DNA from: Trichosphaerium sp. ATCC 40318
Taxonomy: Eukaryota; Protista; Tubulinea
DNA length: 64,000 bases
NCBI GenBank assembly: GCA_038496445.1
Contig: JALMLS010000326.1
Coordinates: forward strand, 17,373-81,372
Direction: 5' to 3'
The position numbers were made by a program, and so were the translations under genes. Below are positions 1 through 13,400 of this stretch, one piece after another; within the stretch, counting starts at the first letter, position 1; every line of letters starts with the position of its first letter. The notes beneath the pieces are model-generated. The model was not told where the DNA came from and did not search any database. It saw only the letters and a program-made list of their open reading frames with translations.

Positions 1-1457
1 AAGGCCTATGTAGTGGTTGCAGTGACTCACGTCATTCAAGTCCTATTTTTTTGGTTCTTTTTTTTTTTTTTTGTGAACTGTGTGTTTAAGCTCCGCCGGT
101 TGTTTCTCCTTAATCTCAATTATTTGTTTTTTCCTGATTGTGGTGTTTAGATAAGTACCTTGGGTAACCCTACAATCTCGGAGATTAAGCACATTTACGA
201 TGAGCGTGATGCCGTCATGTCGCCTGATGATCCTGGTTTGAGCTATGTGAAACTGGGTCTTCAAGGGCTTAAATTGCAACCGAACAATGTGTTTTCAATT
301 CAAGAGATTGATGTAAAAGAGGCCTGCTTGATTCGTTTGAAGGTCAAATTCACGTGTCGTCCTCGCGCCTTCCTCAAGAACTTTCCTAATGGTAGTTTCG
401 TTCGTATGAGCGTCACCTTAATGTTCCCTGACAATGGCCGTACGTATTAATTTCATCTTCAACATACTTTTTTTTTTTTTCTCTTTTCGAATCAAAATGT
501 CTGTGGAGACACAGAAAAAAATAGCAACAAAATTTTGACGTTTTGTTAGGTTGGAGCACATTGTTTCACCCTGAGGCGACATTCCGTTTCAATCCCAACA
601 ATTGTAAACCTAAGAATGGGCGATTCTGCCACATCTCCCCTAGCAAATACGTGAGCGAGGAGGATAACGTCACCTTTATTATTGGCGAGGTACATTACTC
701 ATTTTTTACGCCTGTACTAACTGCAATGTTTGTAGAACTTGGCTAAAGATATTCAAGTTTACTTTGGCAATCTCCGTTGTGAGGTTTTACCTGCACAAGA
801 GAGTAGGTCATACGCTTGCTGGCGCGGTGTAACAATACCGCCGATGGAAGCTGTGCTTAAGGCCAATCACGGCAGTGAACACCTGGTGGCGACTGGCAAT
901 GGCGAGTGGCGTGTACGCGTCAGAGTACTCCAAAAAGCCAAGAGCAAATTTGTCACCGTTGAGGGCGAACAGTTCTTTAGCTACAAACCTTACAGAGGTA
1001 TAGATAAACTTTTTTGTTTGTTTTGTGTGTTGAGCTAACGCAGTTTCAGCAGGCCTTCAAACCATTACGCGCCAACTCGGTAACTTTACTGTGAACCAAC
1101 AAGCTTACCCTCAACAACGCGGTATCCCAATGGCCATCCCTCACACTATGCCACCACTTCAAGACCACAGCATGCACGCCATACAAGAGGAGGAAGGCGA
1201 TCAACCTTCAGGGCACTACATTCATGGCTACCCTCCTAATGCGCAAATGGAACACCAGAGACCTCTCGTCGCTCCTATGCCACAATACGCCCAACACCAA
1301 GGCGGTACGTTGTCTAATTCACGTTATATCTAGCGCACAGCCATTTTTTTTTTTCACTTATTGACATTGTGTGTTTTTAGGGCAAGAAGGATTCCTACCC
1401 AATGATCAAGCCGCGTTCATTCAAGGTCCTGTTGGCGCCGTAAGCTACGGATACTAA
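1..1457 (+). CDS. Putative Ig-fold transcription factor with IPT/TIG domain and Q/P-rich tail (5' end incomplete or uncertain; multi-exon)
   Basis: Spliced translation gives ...CHISPSKYVSEEDNVTFIIGENLAKDIQVYFGNLRCEV...GVTIPP...QFFSYKP (IPT/TIG pattern), preceded by a beta-rich domain (LIRLKVKFTCRPR...VRMSVTL) and followed by a Q/P/H-rich region. Stop TAA at 1455-1457. Confidence 0.55.
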
Positions 1458-1779
1458 GACTTGGTTGGGCGTGTTCTCTTGTGCATATGTATATATACAG
1501 TTGTCAAATCCCTGACGCCGAGCTGACCTTTTTTTTGGCTGCCGGCAAGAAAAAAAAATGTACCATAATCAATTTGTACAAAGAAAGTGTAGATAAAAAA
1601 AAATCATTTGTTTTTTAAAATTACTGTCAAACAGTTCCTGTGCTCGCCTTTGTTTTCTTTTATTTCACGTTTCTTACAACAAGAAAAACTGTTGAATCTT
1701 TGTTATGCGCAGGATTTTAAGTGTACAACTATGACTCAAAGCCACGACGCAACTCAATTGTGGCAAAAAGGTCGTACCG

Positions 1780-3939
1780 TCAAATGGGCGGTGCAGCCAT
1801 GGATGGAGCCATCAGATTGAGGGTGTGCCGTTGTAGTGTTGGTGATTTGGCGAGTAATGGTGGTACTGCCAATGTATTACCTACTACTGGTATTCCTGGT
1901 GCATAGTGTCGGATTGTTGCGATCAGAGCGGCAGCATCTCCCTCCCACCAATACGGTACAAGGACAAGACTGATACCTGGTAATACTCAGCGTGTCAGAC
2001 TACGGAAACCTTTTGAACAAATACACGAGACGCACCTGCTCTACTACACGCTTCCATCTTTTCAGCGTCTCGCACCTTTTGTGTGTCGGACAAGTGTCTG
2101 TCGAATATGTCGTCAAAGTGATGCTCACCTAACACATTCGCGCTTGTTAGTGACACGTGCTTGGCGTCGGTTCGCCACAAGTCGGTAGTTTATCGCACCT
2201 TGGTACTCGATGGCCAGGTTGTGCTCAGGAATAAACGCATCAACCTGCAGGCTGTGGTGCCTTTCTCCAATCTCAACTTGCGCGTTCTCCAATACCGAGC
2301 ACGCCTCGAAGAGTTGACGTAATTGTGTTATTAGCGCACTATCAACAACATTAGCCTTCCAAAAGAACGAAAGTGATGAGGATTCGTGCCTTTGTGAAGT
2401 AGCTTTGCCTACCCACGAAAAGTGTTCCCAGCGCCATTCGTGTTTGGGTTCTATCAATGCTAGCACTGAAGGCCAAAACCGTTGTATGCCATGGCCACCA
2501 TGTTGTGCTATTTGCTCAAGTGAAACACGATACCTTGGAACAATAATCAGCCTATTTGGATTATTGTATGTGTGCCGGTACCATGCTTTAGCATTCGACA
2601 ATTTTAGTTGTTTTTGTAGATGTTGCAAGTACGCCTTTTGATGTCGCTCTTCTAACCAGTAGTGTCGCCATTTGAACGCCCATGACGGCCAAGGGTAGTT
2701 TGGATACGCTACAGTCAGTGCCCTCGATAAACAACCATAACTGTCAAAAAAAAGAGTGAGTCTAGTTAGTGTATGTGGAACGAACATGTGACTCCAATCC
2801 GGCTAAAATTACGTACTTGGACCTGATACCACTCGATATTGGCATATCGCTCCGTATCGCATCTGGCCATTCGCCCATGGTCTTGATACTGTATTGAAAC
2901 GCAACGTCTTCCAGGTACACCTGCAGCCCACGTGTGTTATTCCAGTAATTTACGGGCGTGTGACTAATATCGTGCAATCCACGGTTAAGAATACCTGGCT
3001 GTACACACTTGCGTACCTGAAGGCCCAAGGAAGCCAATTGTACTGTGGATAAAGTCGCATTAGACAGCGTGATATGGAACCGTTATAATGCTGGCTAAGT
3101 GTCTCGTGTCAGGTGGGAAAACAGAAAGAAGAGATGAGGTGTATGGACGTACACTAATATGGCGTGTCCGCCGTGTTTAACTATATCTGGCTTGCCTTTG
3201 GTGTACCAATCCTCCATGACTTTGATGCCCATGGCCTGACCCATTGTTTCTAAGCGCCGACGATGCGCGTCCTTGTCCGGTAAGGTGCCGTATGGTCGAC
3301 TCTTCCACCTGTGGTAGGGGTATGCATGCTCTATTGCGTTTTGTAGATTACCATTGTGCGCGTTCCTATGCCGACAATGAGATTAGGACGGGCCTGGCGT
3401 AATGATCAGGCCGAATGTGATACGGCTACCCTATAACGTACAATACAGGACGACCACCTGCGCGATGCACTTGTGACGAAGCCACCTGACGCCACGCATC
3501 CAGATGCTTGACACGTAGTCGTTCTCCAATTTCGTTCAATAGCGACACCTGGTGCTCACGATCCTGCCAATACGCCTCTAACTATACTGAATTGTTGGCG
3601 ACAATGTTTTGTGCTACCTTTTGATTGCCAGTGATGGTCAGGGTACACGTATGTCAGGCACCGAACACTTGAGCTGTTAAAACGCTTTCTAGATCGCATA
3701 TTAGGTATAAAACGTGCGGTTAAAGCGTGCTTGACAGATGGTGGGATGGCTTCATCGTCCAATATTGAAACGCGATACCAATCATCCAGCTCCTTCACGT
3801 GGTGGCGAATTGCAGCGCTATTAAGCTGCTTTTTGAGCGTGTTGCGATAACTCTATGCTGTAATTCAACCAAACAATCTATCATTGGTGTTATTTCATGC
3901 TTCTACGCGTACCAATGACCTCGATGCATTGTAGCGCAT
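1780..3939 (-). CDS. Tandem-repeat protein (5 x ~70 aa DWY-type repeats) with C-terminal PD-(D/E)XK/RAP-like nuclease domain
   Basis: Repeats contain ELDDWYRV, HLDAWRQV, VMEDWYTK, TMGEWPDA and NAKAWYRV, each followed by a (Y)PxxxW motif. C-terminus reads LQVDAFIPEHNLAIEYQGEHHF...RDAEKMEACSRAGISLVLVPYWW. R/S-rich N-terminus MRYNASRSLSYRN. Confidence 0.75.
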
Positions 3940-4289
3940 TTATTAGGGCGTTTGAGTAACTATAGTGCCAACTTTGTACACGTAATGCATGAAGCACTCT
4001 GTGCAGCTTCAACGATGCCCAAAAGAGTTGTGTCACACTTGTAGAGGATTAGGTCAGTGAGATAAAAGATTTCAAATGCGGTCTTTTCTGAACTTTTATG
4101 CGTGCAACAAAACAAAATGTCATCTACACGTGTCATCATAATTCTTGTGGCGTAAAATAGGCGCTAGTTCGTGCACGTGATGGAAAATATTGAGCGCGTT
4201 GTAATAGATGCATAAATAAATATATTTTTTGTTCTCACGTGAATTACACGCTACTAATGTATTATTTAGTTTTTACTTGTTTTTTTCTA

Positions 4290-6847
4290 GTGTTACACTT
4301 TGTGGACATTATTATACTGTACAATTAAATTAACTCCAAGCAAGGTCAATGGCGTAGACCTTTCATGATAGCAGAACAAAACTTGTCCTAGTATGCCAGT
4401 AAGCAAACAAGACGTGATGATTAAAAACGACGCAACGTACCGTTTCCTTTACAATGTCGCCGTCAAACTCAAACTGTAACGCATCTTGCAGACATAATCT
4501 GATTTTATGAATAGCGTTTAGTGTTGCTTGGTGCTCCTCCTTTAAAGGTTCAGGTTGTTCTTCTTTCTCTGAAGAGCTTGGGCTGGTGCGAGAGCATGAA
4601 CTTGGACTCGGGCTCCTTTGTTGGCTTGCATCGTCTGTTAATTCAGCCATGAGCTTGGCAACTTCAAGTTGTATCTAAAGAGTGTTAATCAACGTATGAC
4701 TCACTACAAATAGAGATGGTAGCGTACCTCTAGCTGGGCAAAGTCACAAGACTCACTACCTTTCTTAGGTTTTCTTTTCCTTAGTCTGTGCCCATGACTT
4801 GGAACAGGAAGCGGATCAAACTCTGTTTTTGATAGGTCCTCGTCGGAGGAATAGGCAGGCGTAGGTTGCGATCTCAATCTGTACCTACTACGCACGCGGC
4901 TACTCGAGACGCCTGATTGTCGCGGCCTCAATGTGTATTCAGTGCGCCTTGAGTTAAAAAGGTGAGTATACGAAAACGAAAAACAGTGCAAGTGTTAGGA
5001 CTTACGACGAGGATTGAGACGAAACGTGCTTCTTTTTGCGTCTTTTCTTAGGTCTCTTGTTTTTTTCAGTTTTGTAGTAGCTCTCAGCAGTAGGCAGCTT
5101 GCGTTTTGCCAAATACTTCTTGACTTCGTGTTCTTTCCTGTGGGTTGCAGTGAGTATCACATTTGCCGTGCGATTAAGATTGTGTACCATTTCATGTACG
5201 GCTCGCATTTGGCGGTGTGTCCTTGTCTTCCCTTCATACAAGTAAAGTTCTTACCACAACCAGGGCATACCTACAGGTTCTGTCAGTACAAACACTCAAC
5301 ATTGGTGATCTATCCGGTTGGTGGGTGCGTACCAATTCTTTAAAGGAAATGTGCAGGCCGTTGGAGGGATTGAACGTTATCGAAAACTCAACAGGCGCTA
5401 CGAGTGCTGTCGTTTCCTTACTATTTTTTGTAGGAAGTGACACTGGGATAGATTTTGCCTTGATGCCACGAGGTGGACATGAAATGGGCACTGCACATTG
5501 TACAGTGTTGTCGTAAGTCGGGTCGTCACTCATTGCATCAGATTCCTCTTCCTTTTCACTAAGGTCCTTGTCGCTGTCCGAATCGGGACTCTCGTGCGAA
5601 ACGGTGCTTCTAGCTTCACTAAGCGCTGAGTATTCATCGTGGTAAGGAGAGCTACTGCCGTCAGTGTGCGCTTCTTCCAAGTCGTGGACAGCTACAATCG
5701 GAGCATGCTTTAAGTTTGTGACAGCGGCTGGTAGAGGTAATACTGTTGGAGTTTTTGTGGCTTCAATGTCAACATTGCATGGTTTACCGACTACGTAGCG
5801 CAACTTCTTCTTCAGCGGCGAATCCTCGCTGTCAATCTCGTCACCGGCTCGCTTTTTCCGTTTTTTCGTTAAAGGTGCGGTAGTGCCTACGTCAAGCACG
5901 TGAGTACCCGAAAACTAAAAAACCAAACCCAAAAATCAAAAAAAAAAAAAGGCAGTTTTGTATACGTACTTGTTGGTTTACTGTCAGTCGCTAGCGACCA
6001 GAAACCCGAGCCATTCACATTGCTTCGGAACAGCGCACCATCGTGGGCGTTGAGCGTGTCACAGATGGTTCTCTGCCAATTTTTGTCTTTTGTTCGACCG
6101 TCAGAGAAAAGTCTATCCCAATATTTGTTCATGAAGCGATAGACATCAGCCAAGCTGTGAAAATCCCTACAAAAAAACCGTTGATATTTGTGTCACAAAC
6201 CAATACAAAAATGGGTTGGGAAAGTGGCGTAATAAGACCAGTATTGGTAGCGGCTGAGGCCCAAGGGTAGTCGTTTTTGAAAAAAGTGCCGTTAAAGAAA
6301 TTTCTTGTTGCTCGAAATTTACGTGCCTGCCATTCAAAACATTCAAGTTGAACAGTACAATCTTTAACACTTGTAGCCACGATTTTGGAAGCGTGTTAAA
6401 AAAACTCGCTGGAGCGCAACGGTTGCAGCGAAATTCGTAGAAGCTGTCTCCAGGTAGCGGCGGGCAAGGAACCAAGCAATCAAATGCCGACACCATTTCT
6501 ACATTTTAACTGTTAGTTGTAAACGTTGTAACGGTTAAGGTTTTTTATGCCTATTTGAGCGTCTTTTGTTGGCTACAAAAGAGATCGACTCCGAGTCAAC
6601 ATAAATGTAACCTTTGAATGTTTTTAACCCTAGAAACACACTTACCAAGCGTATAAAGCGTGTGACAGCCTTTGCAGCAAAGTTCTACAGCGTTAATATC
6701 GTTCGTTGGCACTGAATTGCCGTGTTGCTTATTCGTCATCTTTATGGGTTTTTCGAGTGTGGTAGACCCTATTTGTTTTGTGCTTGCGTTAACGTCACGG
6801 ATCACTCCGCTTAGGCTTGAAGTTGCTGTGTTTGTATTCTCAATCAT
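4290..6847 (-). CDS. Nuclear protein with ASH2L/KAT14-like PHD-winged-helix N-terminus and long low-complexity acidic/basic region
   Basis: CKGC...DCLVPCPPLPGDSFYEFRCNRC...KSWLQVLKIVLFNL and FMNKYWDRLF...NWQRTICDTLN...FRS...GFWSL. Basic NLS-like runs (KKRKKR, KKRRKKK). Ends approximate. Confidence 0.55.
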
Positions 6848-7366
6848 GTTAAAGATGGTTTGGAAGCCTAGACAGCAAAAATATTTGAGTGTTGCGTCTA
6901 CAAACGTAGATGAGCGCCTGGCGGGAAGCGTACGTATATATAGCTATGTCAGAATGATTTACAACGGTTTGGAGTGTATGTTTAGTGGTTTAAAGTTCGT
7001 TTTGGTGTTGTCGGTTGCAATTTTTGTTTAATTTTCTATTGTTTGTTAAACTCTAAAAATACGAAAATTCTTGTTATGCATAATGCTCATTTTGTTTTTC
7101 AGAAGCACCTAAAAACCTATTACTAACCGTTCCAGGACGTTTTGGTGAAAGTTACCTTTTTTAATTGCCGAAACCGCACACTCCATTACGTTATGCGTTA
7201 CTATCCTACAATTCGCTCAAACAGCGAACTAGAGGCCTTTTTAATAAAAAAAACCCGGTTTGGATATGTTTTACAAGTTAAAAAGGGCGTGGGACATCCA
7301 AAAACGCTCGATGTAATGCACCTACGCGTAAATTGATTCTTTTGTATTGTTTTAATACCCGACCCG

Positions 7367-8670
7367 CTAGTTGGAAGGTTCGCCATATTTTTTAACGTAA
7401 GCATGCGGCTCTAGACCACCATTTCCGCAAGCACATTGTATTGAGCCGCCATGAAATGTGCCACCTCTTTTATCGCGCCCACAACGCGAAGTACAAATCC
7501 AGACGTACGCGCACCAAACACGTTCAAAGAAACCCTCACGATACAAGCTTGTACCGCGTTTGTTACAGGTATAACATTTTAATCCTCCTATCCCGAAACC
7601 GCATTTGGCACATGTGAACGTTGGAAAGTTTGTATCTGATTTGATATGTAACGATGCGTCTGGACGTGCTATCATTGACTTACGACAACACATCGGTGCC
7701 TCCATTGCCCCACATCCCTCTGGGCAATACGCTTGCCCATTTCTACGCACAACGAGTAGGTTTGCGCATTTGGCACAGGAGTAGCCGGCTAGGCAGAGCT
7801 TGCACCTTTTGCAAAAGTATGAAGGTGGTTTGTCTACGTCATCTTCAGGTAATTCTTGTACCCGTATGCCCTCATCTGAGCTAGTCTCTACGTCTTCCTC
7901 CTTTTCTACGATTGCTTTGGCGTTGTGATACCACTGGGCGGACGAGAAACGGAATTTTACGAGATCTTGCAAATTGGGATTATTCTCTATGTACTTTATC
8001 ACTTTCCTGGGGGGATCTCTAGTAAATAACCGAATGCAAAAGATGCATGGAACTAAGTACCTGGCAGCCTTGTGGTAGTTGGTGTATACTATAGCCGGTG
8101 CGGTTCTGTTCTTGTCATGGCGAAAGAGGATCATGTGCTTCAAAGTGTGCAAGATGGCGTTCTCCTTAGTCAGTTGTCTGATTGTGCAGGTATCCTTACT
8201 GAATAGCGTTTGCAAGCTCCCTCCCCTTTCGGACGAGCAGTGCCATACCACGCATGAGTCGGATTGAGTTTTGATGCTATTAACAGTGTAAAGTGTAAAG
8301 GGCAACGGCAACACCACTTTTGTTGATTGCCCCACATACGAATACGCATCAAGTGAATAGAACTGCGTGCCAGTTGTAGAAACGTATCGTTTGAACTGGT
8401 CGTGGTCAGTAATTTCCAAAAGCGCTGCCTTGGCTCTAACATCGCTGTAGATCAGTTTACAGAACAGTTTACAGACCAGTGTAGCCCTGTACACCTTGAA
8501 CACCATAAACGTAAAAAAAAACGGTTACAGTTTCGTACAGACATCTGGTCCATCCTATACAGGATCTCACAAAGCACTTCTGCTGGTACTAACCCACAAC
8601 ACGAGCTTTCAAGTGCTTTTACGCTCGGTTGGAGTTTATCAACTTCTAGCCGTTGTGCCTTCGTGCCCAT
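7367..8670 (-). CDS. F-box protein with two C-terminal Cys-rich zinc-ribbon repeats
   Basis: F-box-like LVPAEVLCEILYRMD. Repeats PSYFCKRC...YSCAKC...CPEGCG...PMCCRKSM and PTFTCAKCG...LKCYTC...CACGNG. Confidence 0.55.
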
Positions 8671-8849
8671 CGTGCCAGTATTTATAGAAGAGGTCGCATT
8701 AACAAAGTGAAGTCACATGTTAAGCCATACATTTTTTACATCAAATAAGTGACCCGTAGTACAACCCAGCAATACTCCCTGTTATGCACTACTTTAGGAC
8801 TGATTTTGCGAAATCGTATCTCTATTGGTCACTTTTTTTTTTTCGCTTA

Positions 8850-10231
8850 TTAATTTTTTGGTAAGTTGTTGAGAGCATTACCAATCTTACATTTATGAAT
8901 ACTGTTGTAGCGATTGTACTTGTCAGATGACGGGTCGCGATCCAGTGGTGCGCCTCTAGGTACTCTTCCTATACCTTCTTCATGTCCTCTAGGGCCATAT
9001 CCACCAATTACCTACGGTAGCAATGAGATTGTTACCTCGTGTCAAATCCTTTATTTAGAAAATGTACCAAGAGGCAATCATCAGACAGAGAGGTGCTCGT
9101 GGCGCATGCACGTGGCTCTGGTACATCGCCGCTCTGCTCTAGCTTGTGCCAAACATGTGTAACAATATCAAAGGCATAGAGATCATTGTAGTAGTTCACG
9201 TGATCTGCGTGTCCTCCCCACACGCAAAAGTACCTCTCACGTGCAATGAATGAAATACCCGCTTCCCGCCCACAAGGGCCGTTTCCGGATGCTACATATA
9301 ATAAGATAAGACTACAATTTAACATAAAAGATTCTGTCCGTGCCTTTTAGCTGAGACCACGTGTGCGTATCTAGGTCAAAGACGTAGACATTGGTATCGT
9401 AAACAAAAGCGTTTGATTTGAGGTCGTATCCACCACACCCACCTGGACTTCTTTGTTAAAAAGTGGTTCGTACTGCTATCGTTCGCACCAAAGAGATACC
9501 ATTTATGCTTATAACGTGCCATATAGTGATCCCGGCGACCACCAGGCTCTGCACCATTGGTTTTGATAACATCCCATCTCAATGTAGATTCTAGCAGCTG
9601 CAGTAAGCAACACTTGTCCGTCTGCCTTGTAATGTACCTCCTTCCTCGCATTGAAGGTGCAACGCGGCCATATCAGTGAAGTGTACAGAGTGATCCCAGC
9701 CGCCAAACACCCAAAGCACTGATTGGAACAGAGTAAGTTTCTATGCAGGTGCAACTGTTTCGTCGTACTGTCTTTATAAACTGTGGAATGATGTGCCTTT
9801 CGCGATAAACGTCCCTCGCCGCACGTGGCCGGTATTTGCCATTCCATGGTAGACAAGCAGAACATGCGGACGTGATCATAACTGCTCAGTGCACCTGTAA
9901 GCGGCTACAGTGCCAATAGATGAAATAACGATGCGCACATGCGTTGGGGGATACCAGTGTGTACACCGTCGCGTCTATTGGCGTGTCCTCGCCCTCCTTT
10001 ACCAAAAGTATTAACGTTTTAGTGTATGGACACTATAACGTGCCATGAACATATACACGCCCATCATAGATCATTGTACAGTGATCTGAGGAAGGTACTG
10101 GCTCAATTGTTTTCGGTGGCACAATAGAGCACGCATTAGTTGTTAGATCTACCATATAAAACTTGGTGTAGTGTTTTAGTACTTCGGAAAGGGTGGACGG
10201 CGAGCTGGTACCTTGTTTGAAGCCCAGCCAT
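8850..10231 (-). CDS. Kelch-repeat beta-propeller protein
   Basis: Multiple kelch units: PGGRRDH..., CVWGGHADHVNYYNDLYAFDIVTHVWHKL, VPEPRACA, FDLDTHTWSQL. Confidence 0.8.
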
Positions 10232-10499
10232 GACTTGCGCCTCCAAATATGTATAAGAAGTTCCCGTTGCGTACTGAATCATGTCCGTGCATGCCTATCG
10301 ACTATTACGCGAGAAAGAGAATAAATCAGTTATTTAACCTGACAATTGGCATCCATGTAGCTCTAGCTTGCTCCAGCTCACTGCAGTTACTTCAGCCATT
10401 GCCTATCGACACCAAAAATGTGGAGTATTAGCGTGGACCATTGCTTGATGATATTCAGTTAACAATTTTTTTTTCATGAGCTTCAGTGGTTTTATTTTT

Positions 10500-13400
10500 G
10501 TACAAGTGGGTGGAAAGTGAGTGTTGTGGACATGTTACAATTTTAGGTCAGGGAGGACTCACTCCTTGATAGGTGTAGTGCTGGATCACTCAACATTTTG
10601 TCAACGTGCTGTTGTATGCTAGGCGGCAAGTCCATGCCATAGTTGTGGACGCCATCTGGTCGCATGAACGGATACCCCAATTGCTACACGAAGCCGTTAG
10701 TAACCCGTGATTTGTGCATGTGCGAAACATCCGCAACTACAATGCCATACCTGCTTTGGTTTGAACAAAATATATACAGTCCTGTTGTTGGTGAAATGTG
10801 GCGTCGTTCCAACATAAAACCATCCCCAACATACCAGCAATCCCATTACCCTTGCAAAGTGCGCACGTATTGCACTACACAAACTTCATTAGCACTTAAA
10901 ATGTTTGAAATAGGACGTACCCATAATTACGCTGAATGTTGAGACTATTCTCCGGAACTGGAAAAAAAAAAAGAGTTAGATTCGAAAACAACTACAATTG
11001 TTGAGAAGATTAATGCTCGCACGCACGTGATAGTACGGTTTCGATATCCCATAATTCATACGGAATGCGACCCAATTCATCTGCAATAGCAGCCATGACA
11101 CCGTCATCGAAACCCAAACTCTACACGATTGTAAAAATTAAGTCGAAAACGTGGCCTACTACTGTGGCGAGAAAAAAAAAAGAGGTACCTGGAGGGTGGT
11201 TACTTCGTCCTCTTCATCGTATAGTACATACCAGAACTCACCAGGTAGTGTTTTTGGAGATTTTTCGAACAACATACCGTAGCCGCTGGTACCCAACATT
11301 TCTGTAGTGAAACGCCATACCAAATGCATTGCTAATCAATTTGTCAGTTCAGAAATAAAAATACAATCTAAAAAATGCGTACAGTGTTGATGGCACGCGT
11401 TCATCAGTAAAAGTGTTGAAGGTACCATTGGTGGCACACGTCCATTGAATTGTGTGGCAGTGAATGTATCCTCAAAGAACCTAAAAGAGAGGTAAGAAGA
11501 CAATCTCAATATTTGTCCAACAGCAAAGAAAACCAAATTACCAGCTTTGTTTGCCGTGTACACTGCCTGAGTCGTCAGCAATTGGCACTTTCAGTGCATC
11601 TGCCCAAGCATGGGGTACAGCTCCTGAATTTTCAAATCCCTAAAACAAAAATGAGCCCAATGCGTTGAGAACTTGCTATTAAAACCAAAAATTTAAAGAG
11701 GCGCACGTACAATGGCATACCACATTACAATGCTTCTCCCTTTTGATGGCATTGTGAGTTGATGAGTGATGGCTCCATAAGAGCAACGCTCGCTTTGAGC
11801 GCTATCACGTTGAAATATGAGACTGTGTTTGCCCGTTGGACCACGCAGTCTATAGCCCATTGCTAGAAATTACATTTAGTTCAAGGTTCTTATTTGTTTT
11901 GTGCGGTGCTGACTTACCAGACATGACAGGCAATACGTCCAAAAAGTCTATGCGGTTAGTGATTTCGCAACCTCTAAACAGAAATGTCAAAATGTGTACT
12001 ATCATTATACTATTCAGTGTAACATACATTGAGGCAATGCCTTGTGTATCCCGTTGAAATACGTGAAAGTTGTCCCTATCAGTTTGAAAGTACTTTTCTT
12101 GGTACACAGCACCCTGTACTTCAACATATAGTTTACCGTTGTGGAAGCTAAGAGGGTTTACAATCATATAATTGCCTCTTGCCAACGTTTTGCTGTCTTT
12201 GTGCTTGATAAACAAGCTCCCTTTACCACACCTATTAAAAAAAAAAGTTTAGCTTTCAGTAAACCTTGTAACCCTTCATGACATACTCAGTGTGATAGAT
12301 GTAGCCAATTTTTTGTAGCTTGTTGAATATAGCCACACGCCAGACTAAGTTTCCACCAGGTCTATCCGAATAGAGCTCTTTATTCTAAGCCCCAAGATGT
12401 TAGATATTGCAACATTTAAACGCTACATACCAGCTTGAACTTGTAGCCAAGCAGATTTTGCTTGTCATCACGGACAGTGCGGGCTTCAAACAATTTCGCC
12501 AACTTTCCACACAGGAACCGCACACACGATTCGTCGTTTGTCTGTCAAATGTTTTGGTTAGTTACGTCAACAAAGAACAACAAGATAACGGGGTAGCGTA
12601 CGTGTATGAAGTATTCAGTACTTGAACTGTCAGGAGGGTACAGTATAAAGTACCTACAATTAGGGTTAATGACATGTACGTATCTGGGTGTGAGGACATG
12701 GTACCTAACGGGATCGAGTGCTTTAATGTTGTCACCAATATTACAGAGTATGGTAGTTGCATGTTCTGGGCACTCTTCACTAAAACTTGCCTCTGGGTTT
12801 GCTGTTACTACGTAACCGAGACCACTGAGTTTCTGCAATAGAGAAACAAATAATCGTTTGACTTCTCTAGAAGAAGGCAATAGAATTTCCCTATTGGGAA
12901 TTACTACTAAAATAGAAAGCAACGTTTGTTTGTTTTGTTTCAACCAAAAAAATTTATGACATAATAATTAACAACAGTTTGTAGTAAAGCTGGTTTTGGT
13001 TGGGATGTGCTATTGAAACAAAAGAAATGTACCATAATCTATCTTCTGTCTCTGACAATTCTGGGCGTACTCCCATCTCCATGCACATCTTTAGCATTGG
13101 GATAGGCGGCAGTGACCCCTAAAATTGGTTTAGGAATACGTTGTTGGTTGGTGTGCTATTTAATATTGTGTAGCGATGGGATGGCGTAGTTTTTAGTGCC
13201 GTGGATCCAGAGCAGCATACCATTACGCGTAACATGCATGGTCTATCAACTATTTGTTGTACTGTTACGAGACTAGGAAGCAGGGAGTAATCGATTGATG
13301 GCTATTTGAAGGTAAGTGCCTGATTTGTATGTTGTACAACTAGTACCGAAAAGTTGTCTATGAAGGCGATGTACAAAGACAGGACCATAGTACCAATGTC

